A stretch of DNA of 64,000 bases from positions 1,632,001 to 1,696,000 of the forward strand of contig CBDCYI010000004.1 of assembly GCA_965224085.1 (NCBI GenBank), written 5' to 3'. The notes below the pieces were generated by a model. The model made no database searches. It was given only the letters and a program-made list of their open reading frames with translations, and was not told the origin of the DNA. Positions within the stretch are counted from its first letter, which is position 1, and every line of letters starts with the position of its first letter. The position numbers and the translations under genes were made by a program. Below are positions 1 through 9,360 of the stretch, in pieces. The DNA is from Candidatus Marinacidobacterales bacterium. Lineage in GTDB: Bacteria; Acidobacteriota; Vicinamibacteria; Marinacidobacterales; SMYC01.

Positions 1-78
1 GCCCTACCGTGAGCAAGAGGACTCCGAACGGTTTCACAACGCCTGATCGTACACCGTCGGGCGTGCGCTTGGGTTTGC

Positions 79-2328
79 TCAATGCAGCAGGTCGAATTGA
101 TAGTTGTATTTCACGATGAAGCTTCGATTCTGCGGTCCGAAGCGCTCGTTCCCCAAACCGTTGGCGTTGTTGTAGACGATGAACAAACCCGTTCCCGCTG
201 TGTTGAGCCAGCTGAAGCGGATGTTCGACGTCCACAAGTCGAGGTTGTCGTTATATTGGACGAACGCTTGCAGGTAGATGAGCGGGGAAAAGTTGTAGCT
301 GATGCGGAACTGGCCGAGATTGGTGATGAAGCTTCCTTCGACGAGATCGACGTCGTTGTAGGACCATGTCGCTGACGTGATGATCTTCGCCTTATAGCGG
401 TAGTTGATCGTGGTACCGACGGTGGTCTTGCTACCCGAGAGAAAACCGCCATTCTCCAGGTTGCCTGAATAAGACAGAGGCGCCGCCTGGTTCGTGTTCC
501 ACCGCCATGCTATTTCCCAGTTTTGATACGTTCCCGGCTGCACGATAATCCCGTCGGCGATCTCGAAAGACTCTTTCAATCCTTCCACCGGTCGATTGAC
601 GGCGGGGCTGAAAAAAGCGCCGTTCTCGAAATCGATATGGGAATCGATGTGGAGATCTTCGGTCTCCTTGAAGCCGTCGAGGTTCCAGAAGCCACTATAA
701 GTGATGTGAGGTCGGAACTCTCGCAACCATGGGACGTTGGGGCGTACGTTCATGAAAACCCCAGTGTTGAGACTGCGGTAGTCGTCGCGACGCAGAAAAC
801 CCACCTCGGGGTTGAAGTTCTCGCCGACTTCTGCGAATCCCAGCCAGACGCGGCCTCTCTTCACCTGATATTCGGCACGAGCGTTAACGGCATGCTCGCC
901 GCCTTCGAGGCCCGGTGTTTGGGTGCGCGCGGCAAAGCCGGTTAATGTAAAGGCCTCTCCGATGCCGAGTTTACCGTCTAGGCCGAAAGTCCGGTTCCAG
1001 TCGTTCTCGCCCGCCAAGTCTCCGGTCGCGGTTCGGTTGACGAACAAGGCGCCGATGCGGGAGCGGTTCGGGAATTCTCGGATCAAGCTCGCGACGGTGT
1101 AGTTGTTGGCCACCGCGACCCCGGCTTTGTCCTGAGTTTGCATGTTCATGACGCCAACGTCGAAATCTCGGAGCTTGCCGCTCAAGCGGGCGCCGCCCAG
1201 GATCGGCACGATCTCGCCCTCGTCACTGATGCCGATGCGGCGGCTGAAGAACAGCTCCACCGCCTGGGACTGGCCCATCGTGAAGTTCCCAGCGTTTTCG
1301 AGAAAGAAGGGCCGCTTTTCCGGGAAGAACAAGTTGAAGCGGGTTAAGTTGACCTGTTGCGCGTCGACTTCGACTTGGGCGAAGTCGGTGTTGTAGGTGA
1401 GGTCGAGATTCAAAGCCGGCGTAACGCCCAATTTGGCGTCCACGCCCCACTCGGCATCTTTGTTCGCGGATTCGTTGACGGTATAGTCGCGATCGCCCGC
1501 GCCCAAGGCATAGGGCGTCACTTTGAAGTTCCGTGGCGTCGACAGCTCGAGACCTTCGAGAACGCCCGCGGAGGACACGCGGTTGAGGTTGAAGATGCGC
1601 GAGACCGGCGACCAGTACGCGATTTCGCGTTTGCGGCGCACGTTTCTTTGGAAGTTCAAGCCCCAGGTCTGAGGTTTCTCGGACTCATAGCGTAGCGTGC
1701 GCAGGGGGATGGCGAACTCGGCCGACCAGCCGTAGTCGCCGCGCGCGGTCGCGACGGCGAAGCTCGTATCCCAGTTCAAGTTGAATCCAGCGCCGGCGCC
1801 GCCCTGGGAGCGCCGCCCGCTGCCCCGACCAGGGCCTCCGCCCCCGCCCTGGCCTTCGTTCGTCACTTGGGCGTCGTACTCGATGCCGGCCGGGTTGGTG
1901 CCGAAGATGAATCCATTCTGCTTGTCGTGATAGGTGTCGAAGATGATGCGGAATGAATCCGTGTCGTCGAGATTCGAATCGCGGCGTGCGTCCGTTACGA
2001 TGATCTGATTCGGCTCCGAATCGAAGCAGATGACGCTGATGTAAATGTTCCGGTCGTCGTAGAGGATCCGGACTTCGGTTTTCTCCGTGGCCGGTTGTCC
2101 TTCGTAGCGCTCCGCCTGGACGAAATCGGTGATGACCGTGGCTTTTTGCCAGAGATCGTCGTCGACCCGTCCATTGATGACGGGAGCTTCCTCGGTCTTG
2201 GCCGCTTCCGCGACCCGTGTCGTCGCCACGAGAGCCTCGCTGCCTAGGACGAGAGCACCGTGGCACGCCACGAACGTCAAAATGAGAAGAGTCGCTTGGA
2301 GCTTCCTCTTCGGCGCAGTCTTACACAT
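79..2328 (-). CDS. Carbohydrate-binding family 9-like / DUF5916 outer-membrane protein
   Basis: Signal-like N-terminus (ATG 2328 chosen), APVINGRVDD...W CBM9-like start, NTDFAQVEVD and FFPEKRPFFLE motifs, aromatic beta-barrel-like C-terminus. Confidence 0.75.
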   Translation of the reverse strand: MCKTAPKRKLQATLLILTFVACHGALVLGSEALVATTRVAEAAKTEEAPVINGRVDDDLWQKATVITDFVQAERYEGQPATEKTEVRILYDDRNIYISVICFDSEPNQIIVTDARRDSNLDDTDSFRIIFDTYHDKQNGFIFGTNPAGIEYDAQVTNEGQGGGGGPGRGSGRRSQGGAGAGFNLNWDTSFAVATARGDYGWSAEFAIPLRTLRYESEKPQTWGLNFQRNVRRKREIAYWSPVSRIFNLNRVSSAGVLEGLELSTPRNFKVTPYALGAGDRDYTVNESANKDAEWGVDAKLGVTPALNLDLTYNTDFAQVEVDAQQVNLTRFNLFFPEKRPFFLENAGNFTMGQSQAVELFFSRRIGISDEGEIVPILGGARLSGKLRDFDVGVMNMQTQDKAGVAVANNYTVASLIREFPNRSRIGALFVNRTATGDLAGENDWNRTFGLDGKLGIGEAFTLTGFAARTQTPGLEGGEHAVNARAEYQVKRGRVWLGFAEVGENFNPEVGFLRRDDYRSLNTGVFMNVRPNVPWLREFRPHITYSGFWNLDGFKETEDLHIDSHIDFENGAFFSPAVNRPVEGLKESFEIADGIIVQPGTYQNWEIAWRWNTNQAAPLSYSGNLENGGFLSGSKTTVGTTINYRYKAKIITSATWSYNDVDLVEGSFITNLGQFRISYNFSPLIYLQAFVQYNDNLDLWTSNIRFSWLNTAGTGLFIVYNNANGLGNERFGPQNRSFIVKYNYQFDLLH

Positions 2329-2394
2329 GGTCACCAATCTAAACAGTGAGACCCGGAAAAGCAATTATTCGGTAAGCCTATATGGTTCAGGTAT

Positions 2395-3366
2395 TTATGC
2401 GCGCAGGAGCTGCGCGGCTTCTTTAGCGAAATAGGTGAGGATCATGTCGGCGCCTGCGCGTTTAATCGACGTCAAAGCTTCGAGGACGGCTTTGTCGCGA
2501 TCGATCCACCCGCGCTCGGCCGCTGCGATAATCATCCCGTATTCGCCCGAAACGTTATAGGCTGCGATGGGGACGTCGAATTGGGCGCGCACGCGCGCGA
2601 TCACGTCCAGATAGGGAAGCGCCGGCTTGACCATCACAACGTCGGCGCCTTCTTCGATGTCTAGAGCGATCTCGCGCATCGCTTCGCGCTGATTGGCGGG
2701 GTCCATCTGGTACGTCTTCTTGTCGCCTTTGCGCGGCGCGGAGTCGAGAGCGCCGCGGAACGGCCCGTAGAAGCACGAGGCATATTTGGCGGAATAGGCC
2801 AGGATCCCGACCTCCGGGTTGCCCGCCTCGTCGAGAGCGTCGCGGATCGCTCCAACGCGTCCGTCCATCATGTCCGACGGGGCGACCCAGTCGACGCCTG
2901 CCTCTGCATGCGCCACCGCCATCCGGCAGAGGACGTCGACCGTCTCGTCATTCGCGACTTCGCCGTCAATGACGAGCCCGTCGTGACCGTGGACGGAATA
3001 GGGATCAAGCGCGATATCGGTTTGGACGCAGATATCGGGGAGCGCTTTTTTCAGCGCGCGGACCGCCTGCGGGATGACACCTTCCGGGTTGTAGGCTTCG
3101 CTCGCACCGTCGTCCTTCTTCGTCGAATAGCCGAAGAGGTTGACGGCCCGGACGCCCAGCTCCCAGAGCTCCTCGGATTCGCGCACGAGCTCGTCGCTCG
3201 AAAGTCGAAACTGCCCGGGCATCGTCTCGATAGGTTCTCGGAGCCCGCGGCCTTCCTTGATGAAGAGCGGTGCAATGAGCTCTCCCGCGCCGAGCTCGGT
3301 CTCTCGCACGAGGGTGCGGATGGGCTCGCTGCGGCGGAGCCTGCGAGGTCGGTGTACCAAATCCAT
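2395..3366 (-). CDS. hemB: Porphobilinogen synthase (delta-aminolevulinate dehydratase)
   Basis: RPRRLR, APSDMMDGRV, YSAKYASCFYGPFR, YQMDPAN, MVKPALPYLD, AYNVSGEY motifs. Confidence 0.97.
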   Translation of the reverse strand: MDLVHRPRRLRRSEPIRTLVRETELGAGELIAPLFIKEGRGLREPIETMPGQFRLSSDELVRESEELWELGVRAVNLFGYSTKKDDGASEAYNPEGVIPQAVRALKKALPDICVQTDIALDPYSVHGHDGLVIDGEVANDETVDVLCRMAVAHAEAGVDWVAPSDMMDGRVGAIRDALDEAGNPEVGILAYSAKYASCFYGPFRGALDSAPRKGDKKTYQMDPANQREAMREIALDIEEGADVVMVKPALPYLDVIARVRAQFDVPIAAYNVSGEYGMIIAAAERGWIDRDKAVLEALTSIKRAGADMILTYFAKEAAQLLRA

Positions 3367-3413
3367 ATTGAGCAGGTTGTATCAGAAATAGATGCGGCCT
3401 CACAAGATGCGCT

Positions 3414-4082
3414 ATGCTCCCGCCCGTGACCAAGGATCAAGTGCTTTTCACCGAGCTGCTCGCTCGAAACGATGTGATCCGCTTCGGGGAATTCACGTTG
3501 AAATCCGGCCGTCTATCGCCGTATTTCATCAACGCTGGCCAGTTGCGAACAGGGAGCGCGATTGCCGGTCTTGGCCGCGCTTATGCGGCGCGCATCCTCG
3601 ACAGGAAGCTGCCTTGCGATTTCATTTTCGGCCCCTCTTACAAAGGTGTACCGCTTGCGGTCGCGACGGCAGTAGCGCTTGCCGAGCGCGGACGGGATCT
3701 CGGCTTCGCTTTCGATCGCAAGGAAGTGAAGGACCATGGTGAGGGCGGCCGCTTCGTCGGCACGCAGCCGGAAAGCGGCATGCGCGCGGTCGTTGTGGAC
3801 GACGTGATCACATCGGGCGCCTCGATCCGCTATTCAGTCGAGCTTCTGAGAGAAGCATCGGTGGAGGTCACCGGAGCGGTCATCGCTGTGGATCGCGAGG
3901 AAAGAGGCTCGGGAACGAGAACGACACTGTCCGAGCTCGAAGAGAGCTTGAAGATCCCTGTGCTCCCAATCATCACGGTGAGCGAAATGGTCGAGCACCT
4001 TCACACAAGCGGAAGCTTGAGCGCGGAAATGAAGGCCCGGATCGAAGACTACGTGCGGGAGCACGGAGCGGAGGCGGGTTGA
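3414..4082 (+). CDS. pyrE: Orotate phosphoribosyltransferase
   Basis: FGEFTLKSGRLSPYF, GPSYKGVPL, DRKEVKDHGEGG, VVDDVITSG PRPP-binding loop. Confidence 0.96.
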   Translation: MLPPVTKDQVLFTELLARNDVIRFGEFTLKSGRLSPYFINAGQLRTGSAIAGLGRAYAARILDRKLPCDFIFGPSYKGVPLAVATAVALAERGRDLGFAFDRKEVKDHGEGGRFVGTQPESGMRAVVVDDVITSGASIRYSVELLREASVEVTGAVIAVDREERGSGTRTTLSELEESLKIPVLPIITVSEMVEHLHTSGSLSAEMKARIEDYVREHGAEAG

Positions 4083-5443
4083 TGGGCGCAGGCCGCATCC
4101 TGGTTGTTGGAGGCAATGCTGCTGGGATGACGGGCGCTTCCCGTGCGAAGCGGCTCGCCCCCGGCTTGGATATTACCGTGCTCGAGGCAGGCGCGCGCAT
4201 CGCGTACAGTATTTGCGGTCTTCCTTATTACTTGGAAGGACGTGTTGCCGATATTCGCGAGCTCGAGCTGTTCACTCCCGAGACACTCCGAAACGAACGA
4301 GGGATCGAAGCTCGGGTTCGAACGCGGGTGGTCGCGATCTCGCCGACGCAACGCAAGATTGAGGTCGAGGACCTAGGCTCGGGAAGTCGCGAGACGCTCG
4401 GATACGACAAGTTGCTCGTGGCGACGGGGTACCGGCCGAGAAGGCCGGACATCGAAGGTGTCGGCCTCGAGGGGGTGTTCACGGCAAGCCGGCTCGCGGA
4501 TGGCGAAGCCATAGGGTCCTGGCTCGACGAGCGGAAGCCGCGCCGCGCGGTTCTCGTCGGGGGCGGCTATGTCGGCCTCGAGATGGCAGAGGCGCTATCG
4601 AAACGCGGACTCGAAGTCACGCTCGTGGACGCGGCGCCGCAATTGTTCGCCGCTCTCGACCCGGATATGGCTCAGCGTGTCGAGGATGCGCTATTGCGCC
4701 ACGGTGTCCGCGTCCTGACGGGCCGAAGAGTGCGGCGCCTCGAAGGGAACCGTAGCGGTTGGGTCAAGGTGGTCGAGCTCGCGAAAGGCGCGCTGCGCAT
4801 CCCGGCAGAGCTCGTATTCGTGGATATAGGGGTGGCGCCCGACGTGGAGCTCGCTTCTGAGGCGGGCATCGAGATCGGCCAGAGCGGCGCCGTTGCCGTC
4901 AACGAGCGGATGGAGACGAACTTCGCTGGGATCTACGCGGCGGGGAATTGCGCCGAGACGCTGCACCTGGTGAGCGGCCGGCCGACGACCATCCCGCTCG
5001 GAACCGTCGCCGCCAAACAAGGACGTGTGGCGGGAGAAAATATCGCCGGCCACCGGAGCCGTTTTCGAGGCGCCGTGGGAACGAGTGTCGTCAAGGTGTT
5101 CGGCGTCGCCGCCGCGCGTACGGGGTTGAGCTCGGCGGAAGCCGTCGCGGCAGGTTTCGCTGTGGCGGAGGCGACGATCGAAGGCACCTTTCGGGCGCGC
5201 TATTTCGGCGACGCTAAAGCAACGGTGAAAGTCATTGCGGACCGAGGCTCAGGCCGGCTTCTAGGGGCTCAAATCGTGGGGAGCGACGAGGCCGCTCTGC
5301 GCATAGATGTCGCGGCGACCGCTTTGACCGCCAAGATGACGGTCCACGACGCGTCCCAGCTCGACCTCGGCTACGTTCCGCCCCTCGGCGCTTTGTGGAA
5401 TCCGTTCTTGGTGGCGCTAAACACGCTCACGCGCGAGCTCTAG
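4079..5443 (+). CDS. FAD-dependent pyridine nucleotide-disulfide oxidoreductase (CoA-disulfide reductase / NADH oxidase-like)
   Basis: GGNAAG FAD fold, YSICGLPYY redox Cys, GGGYVGLEMAE NAD site, C-terminal DLGYVPP; 4-bp overlap with pyrE. Confidence 0.85.
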   Translation: MMGAGRILVVGGNAAGMTGASRAKRLAPGLDITVLEAGARIAYSICGLPYYLEGRVADIRELELFTPETLRNERGIEARVRTRVVAISPTQRKIEVEDLGSGSRETLGYDKLLVATGYRPRRPDIEGVGLEGVFTASRLADGEAIGSWLDERKPRRAVLVGGGYVGLEMAEALSKRGLEVTLVDAAPQLFAALDPDMAQRVEDALLRHGVRVLTGRRVRRLEGNRSGWVKVVELAKGALRIPAELVFVDIGVAPDVELASEAGIEIGQSGAVAVNERMETNFAGIYAAGNCAETLHLVSGRPTTIPLGTVAAKQGRVAGENIAGHRSRFRGAVGTSVVKVFGVAAARTGLSSAEAVAAGFAVAEATIEGTFRARYFGDAKATVKVIADRGSGRLLGAQIVGSDEAALRIDVAATALTAKMTVHDASQLDLGYVPPLGALWNPFLVALNTLTREL

Positions 5444-5508
5444 TCCCCTGTATAGTGGTTGGTTACGACGGACGAGGTAGGGCCGAGCTGGGTAAAGACG
5501 CGTTCGGG

Positions 5509-6033
5509 CTAACGTGCCATCGTGGCCGACGTGCTCGACTCCGTCGGTGGGAACTCGCGCACATCATCTTCCTGAGGCAAAGTGTGACGGTTGATGGGCG
5601 CTGAGAGCACGACCGACGTCTTCGTCGAAGCCGTGCCGGGGATGCTCTTGATGCGCTGCAGCACCTTCTCGAGCGTCTTGGGCGTGCGCGTCAGCGCTTG
5701 TGCGATGTACGCCTCTTCGCCAGCGACACTGAAACATTGCTGGATCTCGGAGATCTCCGCGAGATAGCTCTCGTAATCCTGGGACGATACGCCTGCGTCT
5801 GTCGTAATGCGCACCATCGCGATGATGTTGTATCCGAGAGACGCCGGATTGATGTTCGCGGTATAGCCTTCGATGACCCCGCTGCGCTCGAGCTTTTTGA
5901 CACGGTCGTGCACCGTCGGTGCCGTTAGGCCGACTTGTGCCGCGAGCTCGGCAAAGGTGCTCCGGCCTTTGGATAGCAATGCCGACAGAATTTTCTTGTC
6001 GGTGAAATCGATGGAACCATTCAGGAAGGTCAC
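5509..6033 (-). CDS. Lrp/AsnC family transcriptional regulator
   Basis: DFTDKKILSALLSKGRSTFAELAAQVGLTAPTVHDRVKKLERSGVI HTH plus AsnC ligand domain; GTG 6033 chosen, upstream part of track ORF is spurious. Confidence 0.9.
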   Translation of the reverse strand: MTFLNGSIDFTDKKILSALLSKGRSTFAELAAQVGLTAPTVHDRVKKLERSGVIEGYTANINPASLGYNIIAMVRITTDAGVSSQDYESYLAEISEIQQCFSVAGEEAYIAQALTRTPKTLEKVLQRIKSIPGTASTKTSVVLSAPINRHTLPQEDDVREFPPTESSTSATMAR

Positions 6034-6164
6034 GGGGTCACTCTCTCGCGTCGAAGTGTCGCCAATCCTAGCGAGTCGGATTCGAAAAATCAACCCGAGC
6101 AATAGAAGTGGAGTCTGCGATCGTTCCGAGTCATAGTTGTCTTTGCGCTCGTTTTGTGATGTAG

Positions 6165-6793
6165 GTGTTTTCACGGAGGTGGGCTTTGTTGAAGCGCTGG
6201 ATCTTCTTGTGGTCGCTCGTCGGCACGGCTTCGATGCCGGATGCGCAAGATGTACGTGAGCCGACGACGAGCATCTTGGTGGCTTACGATACGCGCACGG
6301 GTCATACAGAGCGCATGGCGCGCGCGATCGTCGAAGGTATCGTGTTGGTCGAGGGCGCTCAGGCCGTACTGCGCGCGCAGGACGACGTGAGCGATGAAGA
6401 GATCGTGGTCGCCGCCGGCATTCTCGTCGGCTCACCGGTCCACTGGGGAATTTGTCGGCCGATACGAAAGTGTTTCTCGATCGTGTCGCGAATCTGCTCG
6501 TCGCGCGGAAGGAGCTCGGCCGTGATGCAACGCCGCACCACCGATCGGCCGGAGCTTTCGTGACTGGCGGCAGTGTTTCCTCCGGAAAAGAACTCGCTCG
6601 GATCGCGATTTTGACCGCATTCGTCAACATGCGCTTCGTCATCGTGGGCGCGGTGGACGCCGACGGCTTCGGAACGCTCGGTGCACAAGCGACGACGGGA
6701 GAGGCCGACCCGGGTTTGAGCGAGCAAGAGCTAGATGAAGCACGAAGCTTCGGAAAAAGATTCGCCGAGGTGACGAGGCGCCTTACCCGCTGA
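6165..6793 (+). pseudogene. WrbA/flavodoxin-family protein with a 1-nt frameshift at about 6445 (real lesion or sequencing error)
   Basis: ILVAYDTRTGHTERMA and GSPVHWG in one frame continue as NLSADTKVFLD...GAFVTGG in another; one extra G in the GGGG run restores the frame. Confidence 0.75.
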
Positions 6794-6859
6794 GTGCCTG
6801 CGCACCTCTCCTCCCATCCCCGCCTCCTTTCCTCATACACCGAGCGATCCCCGTCGGAT

Positions 6860-6868
6860 TGCTATAAT
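6860..6868 (+). promoter_or_regulatory. Extended -10 promoter TGCTATAAT
   Basis: Perfect TGnTATAAT 12 nt upstream of ATG 6881. Confidence 0.55.
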
Positions 6869-6880
6869 TCCGCGGGCAGC

Positions 6881-7642
6881 ATGGTTTCTACACGCGAGTA
6901 TCTCGACTTCGCTATCGACACGGCTTTTCAGGCGGGCCGATTCACGTTGGCTCATTTTCAAACCGGCGTCACCGTGGATCGCAAGGCGGACCGGTCGCCG
7001 GTGACGGTGGCCGACCGGGGCGGGGAAGAGCTAATCCGCAAGCTCATCGCGAAGCGCTTTTCCGATCATTGTATTTTGGGCGAAGAAATGGGCATGTCCG
7101 AGATCGATTCGAAACACCGCTGGATCATCGATCCGATTGACGGGACGGAGTCCTTCATCCGCGGCGTGCCGCTTTACGGCGTTCTCGTCGGTCTCGAGAT
7201 CGAAAGCGAGATGGTCGTCGGGGTCTGTTATTTGCCGGCACTCGACGAGATGATCGCGGCGGGGCGCGGGGAAGGCTGCTGGTGGAACGGTCGCGAGGCT
7301 CGGGTCTCATCGGTGGCGAGCCTCGAAGAGTCGCTCGTAAGCTTGACCGAGCCCGGAAGCCTCGACGCCGAGCATCGGGCTTTCTGGGAGCGGCTCAAGG
7401 CATCGTCGCGCGTCATCCGAGGCTATAGCGATTGCTATGGCCATTGTCTCGTCGCTACGGGGCGGTGCGAAGTCATGCTCGATCCGGTCATGAACCCTTG
7501 GGATAGCGCGCCCTTTTTGCCGATTCTCGAAGAAGCGGGCGGTACGTTCACCGACTGGAGCGGAAACGCGACCATCTATGGGGGAAGTGCCATCAGCACA
7601 AATGGGTTTGTCTATCCTGAGCTCGAGGAGCTGTTGGCATGA
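6881..7642 (+). CDS. hisN: Inositol monophosphatase family protein, histidinol-phosphatase type
   Basis: KADRSPVTVAD, ILGEE, WIIDPIDGTESF, PWDSAP IMPase motifs; the hisN substrate is an inference. Confidence 0.75.
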   Translation: MVSTREYLDFAIDTAFQAGRFTLAHFQTGVTVDRKADRSPVTVADRGGEELIRKLIAKRFSDHCILGEEMGMSEIDSKHRWIIDPIDGTESFIRGVPLYGVLVGLEIESEMVVGVCYLPALDEMIAAGRGEGCWWNGREARVSSVASLEESLVSLTEPGSLDAEHRAFWERLKASSRVIRGYSDCYGHCLVATGRCEVMLDPVMNPWDSAPFLPILEEAGGTFTDWSGNATIYGGSAISTNGFVYPELEELLA

Positions 7643-9243
7643 AGCGGACAGCCGTTGTCCTGAGCGTGCTCCTTCTTGCTTCTGCGTGCTCGCAATATCG
7701 GGCCGCCCGCGCGAAATGGAAAGTGCCGCATATCGTTCTCGTCTCTCTCGACACGCTCCATGTAAACTGGACCGGCCCGTACAATCCGGATGTGCAGACG
7801 ACGCCATTTCTCGATCGCTTTGCCGCGGAAGGTATTCGTTTCGAGAACGCCTATACCCCAACGCCAATTACACTTCCGTCTCATGCCGCGCTCATGACGG
7901 GCGTCACGCCGCCGAGCCTCGGCGTGATGGCGAATGGCGACTATCTGCCGGACGAAGCGACCACACTAGCCGAAATTTTGCGAGAAAACGGCTACCGCAC
8001 TGCGGGATTCACCTCCCTCGGCGTGCTTCAAGCTCACTTCGGAACGCGACAGGGCTTCGAAAACTATCACGACCCGTTCGTCGAGGGCCCGGTTCGCTGG
8101 TATCGCTGGGCTCATGAGATCTTTGGCCCCGTGAAGAAATGGCTCGAGGAGAAACACGGCGAGCCTTTCTTTCTATGGGTTCATTTTTCCGATCCGCACG
8201 AGCCCTATGTGACGGCCAAAGCGCCTCCCGATTCCGAGCTGTGGCTCGATAACGAGCTTCTCGGGCGCTATAACCTGCAAAGCGTCGAAGAGCATACGGT
8301 TCGCGTGTCATTGCCTCCGGGAGAGCACCGGCTGCGCTGGGTGTCGTTGCGCGAGCCCAAAGAAAACGATCGTCCCGAGACCGCACTCAACCTGCTACTC
8401 CTCTCGCTGGACGTCCTCCGGCCTCACACCGATACGTTGACGGAGGAACGCATTCCGTTGACGCCTTCTTTCGACATGACGCTGAGCGGAAAAAGCGAGA
8501 CGGTCGAGCTCGAGCTCGTCTTCGTGGGCAGTCTGGCGCGGCCGACCGAGGACGACGTGCTCCCCGCCTACGAGGCGAACGTCGCCTATACCGATCGCTT
8601 CGTCGGTGAGCTCGATGCCCTTTTGGAGACCCATGGCATCCGCGACGATACGTTGGTCGTCATCGTCTCCGATCACGGGGAGGGGTTGTACAACCACACC
8701 ATCCTGGGCCACTCGGCGCATGTTTACGAAGACCAGTTGCGCATCGTCTGGATGATGCGCGGCCCGGACCTCCCCCGAGGCGAAGTCATCCGAAATCGGG
8801 CCGGCCTGATTACGGATGTCGCCCCCACGATTCTAGACATGCTGGATCTTCCCCAAGACAACATGGAAGGGCAGTCCTGGGCGGGTTGTTGGACGCGCGA
8901 CGAATGCCCCGATACCGTGCCCTGGTGGTCCTACGGTTTGTCGCATGAGACGCGCGGGCTGACGGGCATGGCGTCTTATCATTGGCCCTACAAGTGGCTA
9001 TGGCGGCGCGGCTTCAAACGGATTGCTTTCGATGTCTCGCGAGATCTCTGGGAAACCGAGAACCTTCTCGAGGGTCCGGACCCACACAACCCGGAGCCGC
9101 TCAAAGATGCCGCCGAGAGCTTCCGCGCCGAGCGCCGCCGACTCGCGAATGTGCTCGAAGAGACGCGCGATAAAAAGCCGGCCAATGCGAACGAGGAGCT
9201 TTTGCGGAGCCTCGGGTACATCGGGGGATCCGTAAAACGCTGA
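7639..9243 (+). CDS. Sulfatase-like hydrolase/transferase (alkaline phosphatase superfamily), probable lipoprotein
   Basis: LASAC lipobox, IVLVSLDTL, PITLPSHAALMTG, DPHEPY, SDHGEG, C-terminal LRSLGYI. Confidence 0.85.
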   Translation: MKRTAVVLSVLLLASACSQYRAARAKWKVPHIVLVSLDTLHVNWTGPYNPDVQTTPFLDRFAAEGIRFENAYTPTPITLPSHAALMTGVTPPSLGVMANGDYLPDEATTLAEILRENGYRTAGFTSLGVLQAHFGTRQGFENYHDPFVEGPVRWYRWAHEIFGPVKKWLEEKHGEPFFLWVHFSDPHEPYVTAKAPPDSELWLDNELLGRYNLQSVEEHTVRVSLPPGEHRLRWVSLREPKENDRPETALNLLLLSLDVLRPHTDTLTEERIPLTPSFDMTLSGKSETVELELVFVGSLARPTEDDVLPAYEANVAYTDRFVGELDALLETHGIRDDTLVVIVSDHGEGLYNHTILGHSAHVYEDQLRIVWMMRGPDLPRGEVIRNRAGLITDVAPTILDMLDLPQDNMEGQSWAGCWTRDECPDTVPWWSYGLSHETRGLTGMASYHWPYKWLWRRGFKRIAFDVSRDLWETENLLEGPDPHNPEPLKDAAESFRAERRRLANVLEETRDKKPANANEELLRSLGYIGGSVKR

Positions 9244-9273
9244 TCTAAAAGCGCAACGCAGAGCCACAAAGCT

Positions 9274-9349
9274 GCGAAGGCGCAACAAAAAAGAAAAGAA
9301 GAGAAAAGATCTCGAGATGCATAGACTACAGATTCCTTTGCGCCTTCGC
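9274..9349. repeat. 12-bp perfect inverted repeat between convergent genes
   Basis: GCGAAGGCGCAA (9274-9285) and TTGCGCCTTCGC (9338-9349). Confidence 0.7.
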
Positions 9350-9360
9350 TTTACGGTTTC

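Noticed and set aside
6034-6840. 443-aa ORF 5509-6840 as one long regulator
   Set aside because: Only the last ~174 aa are Lrp-like; the rest is antisense to the flavodoxin gene
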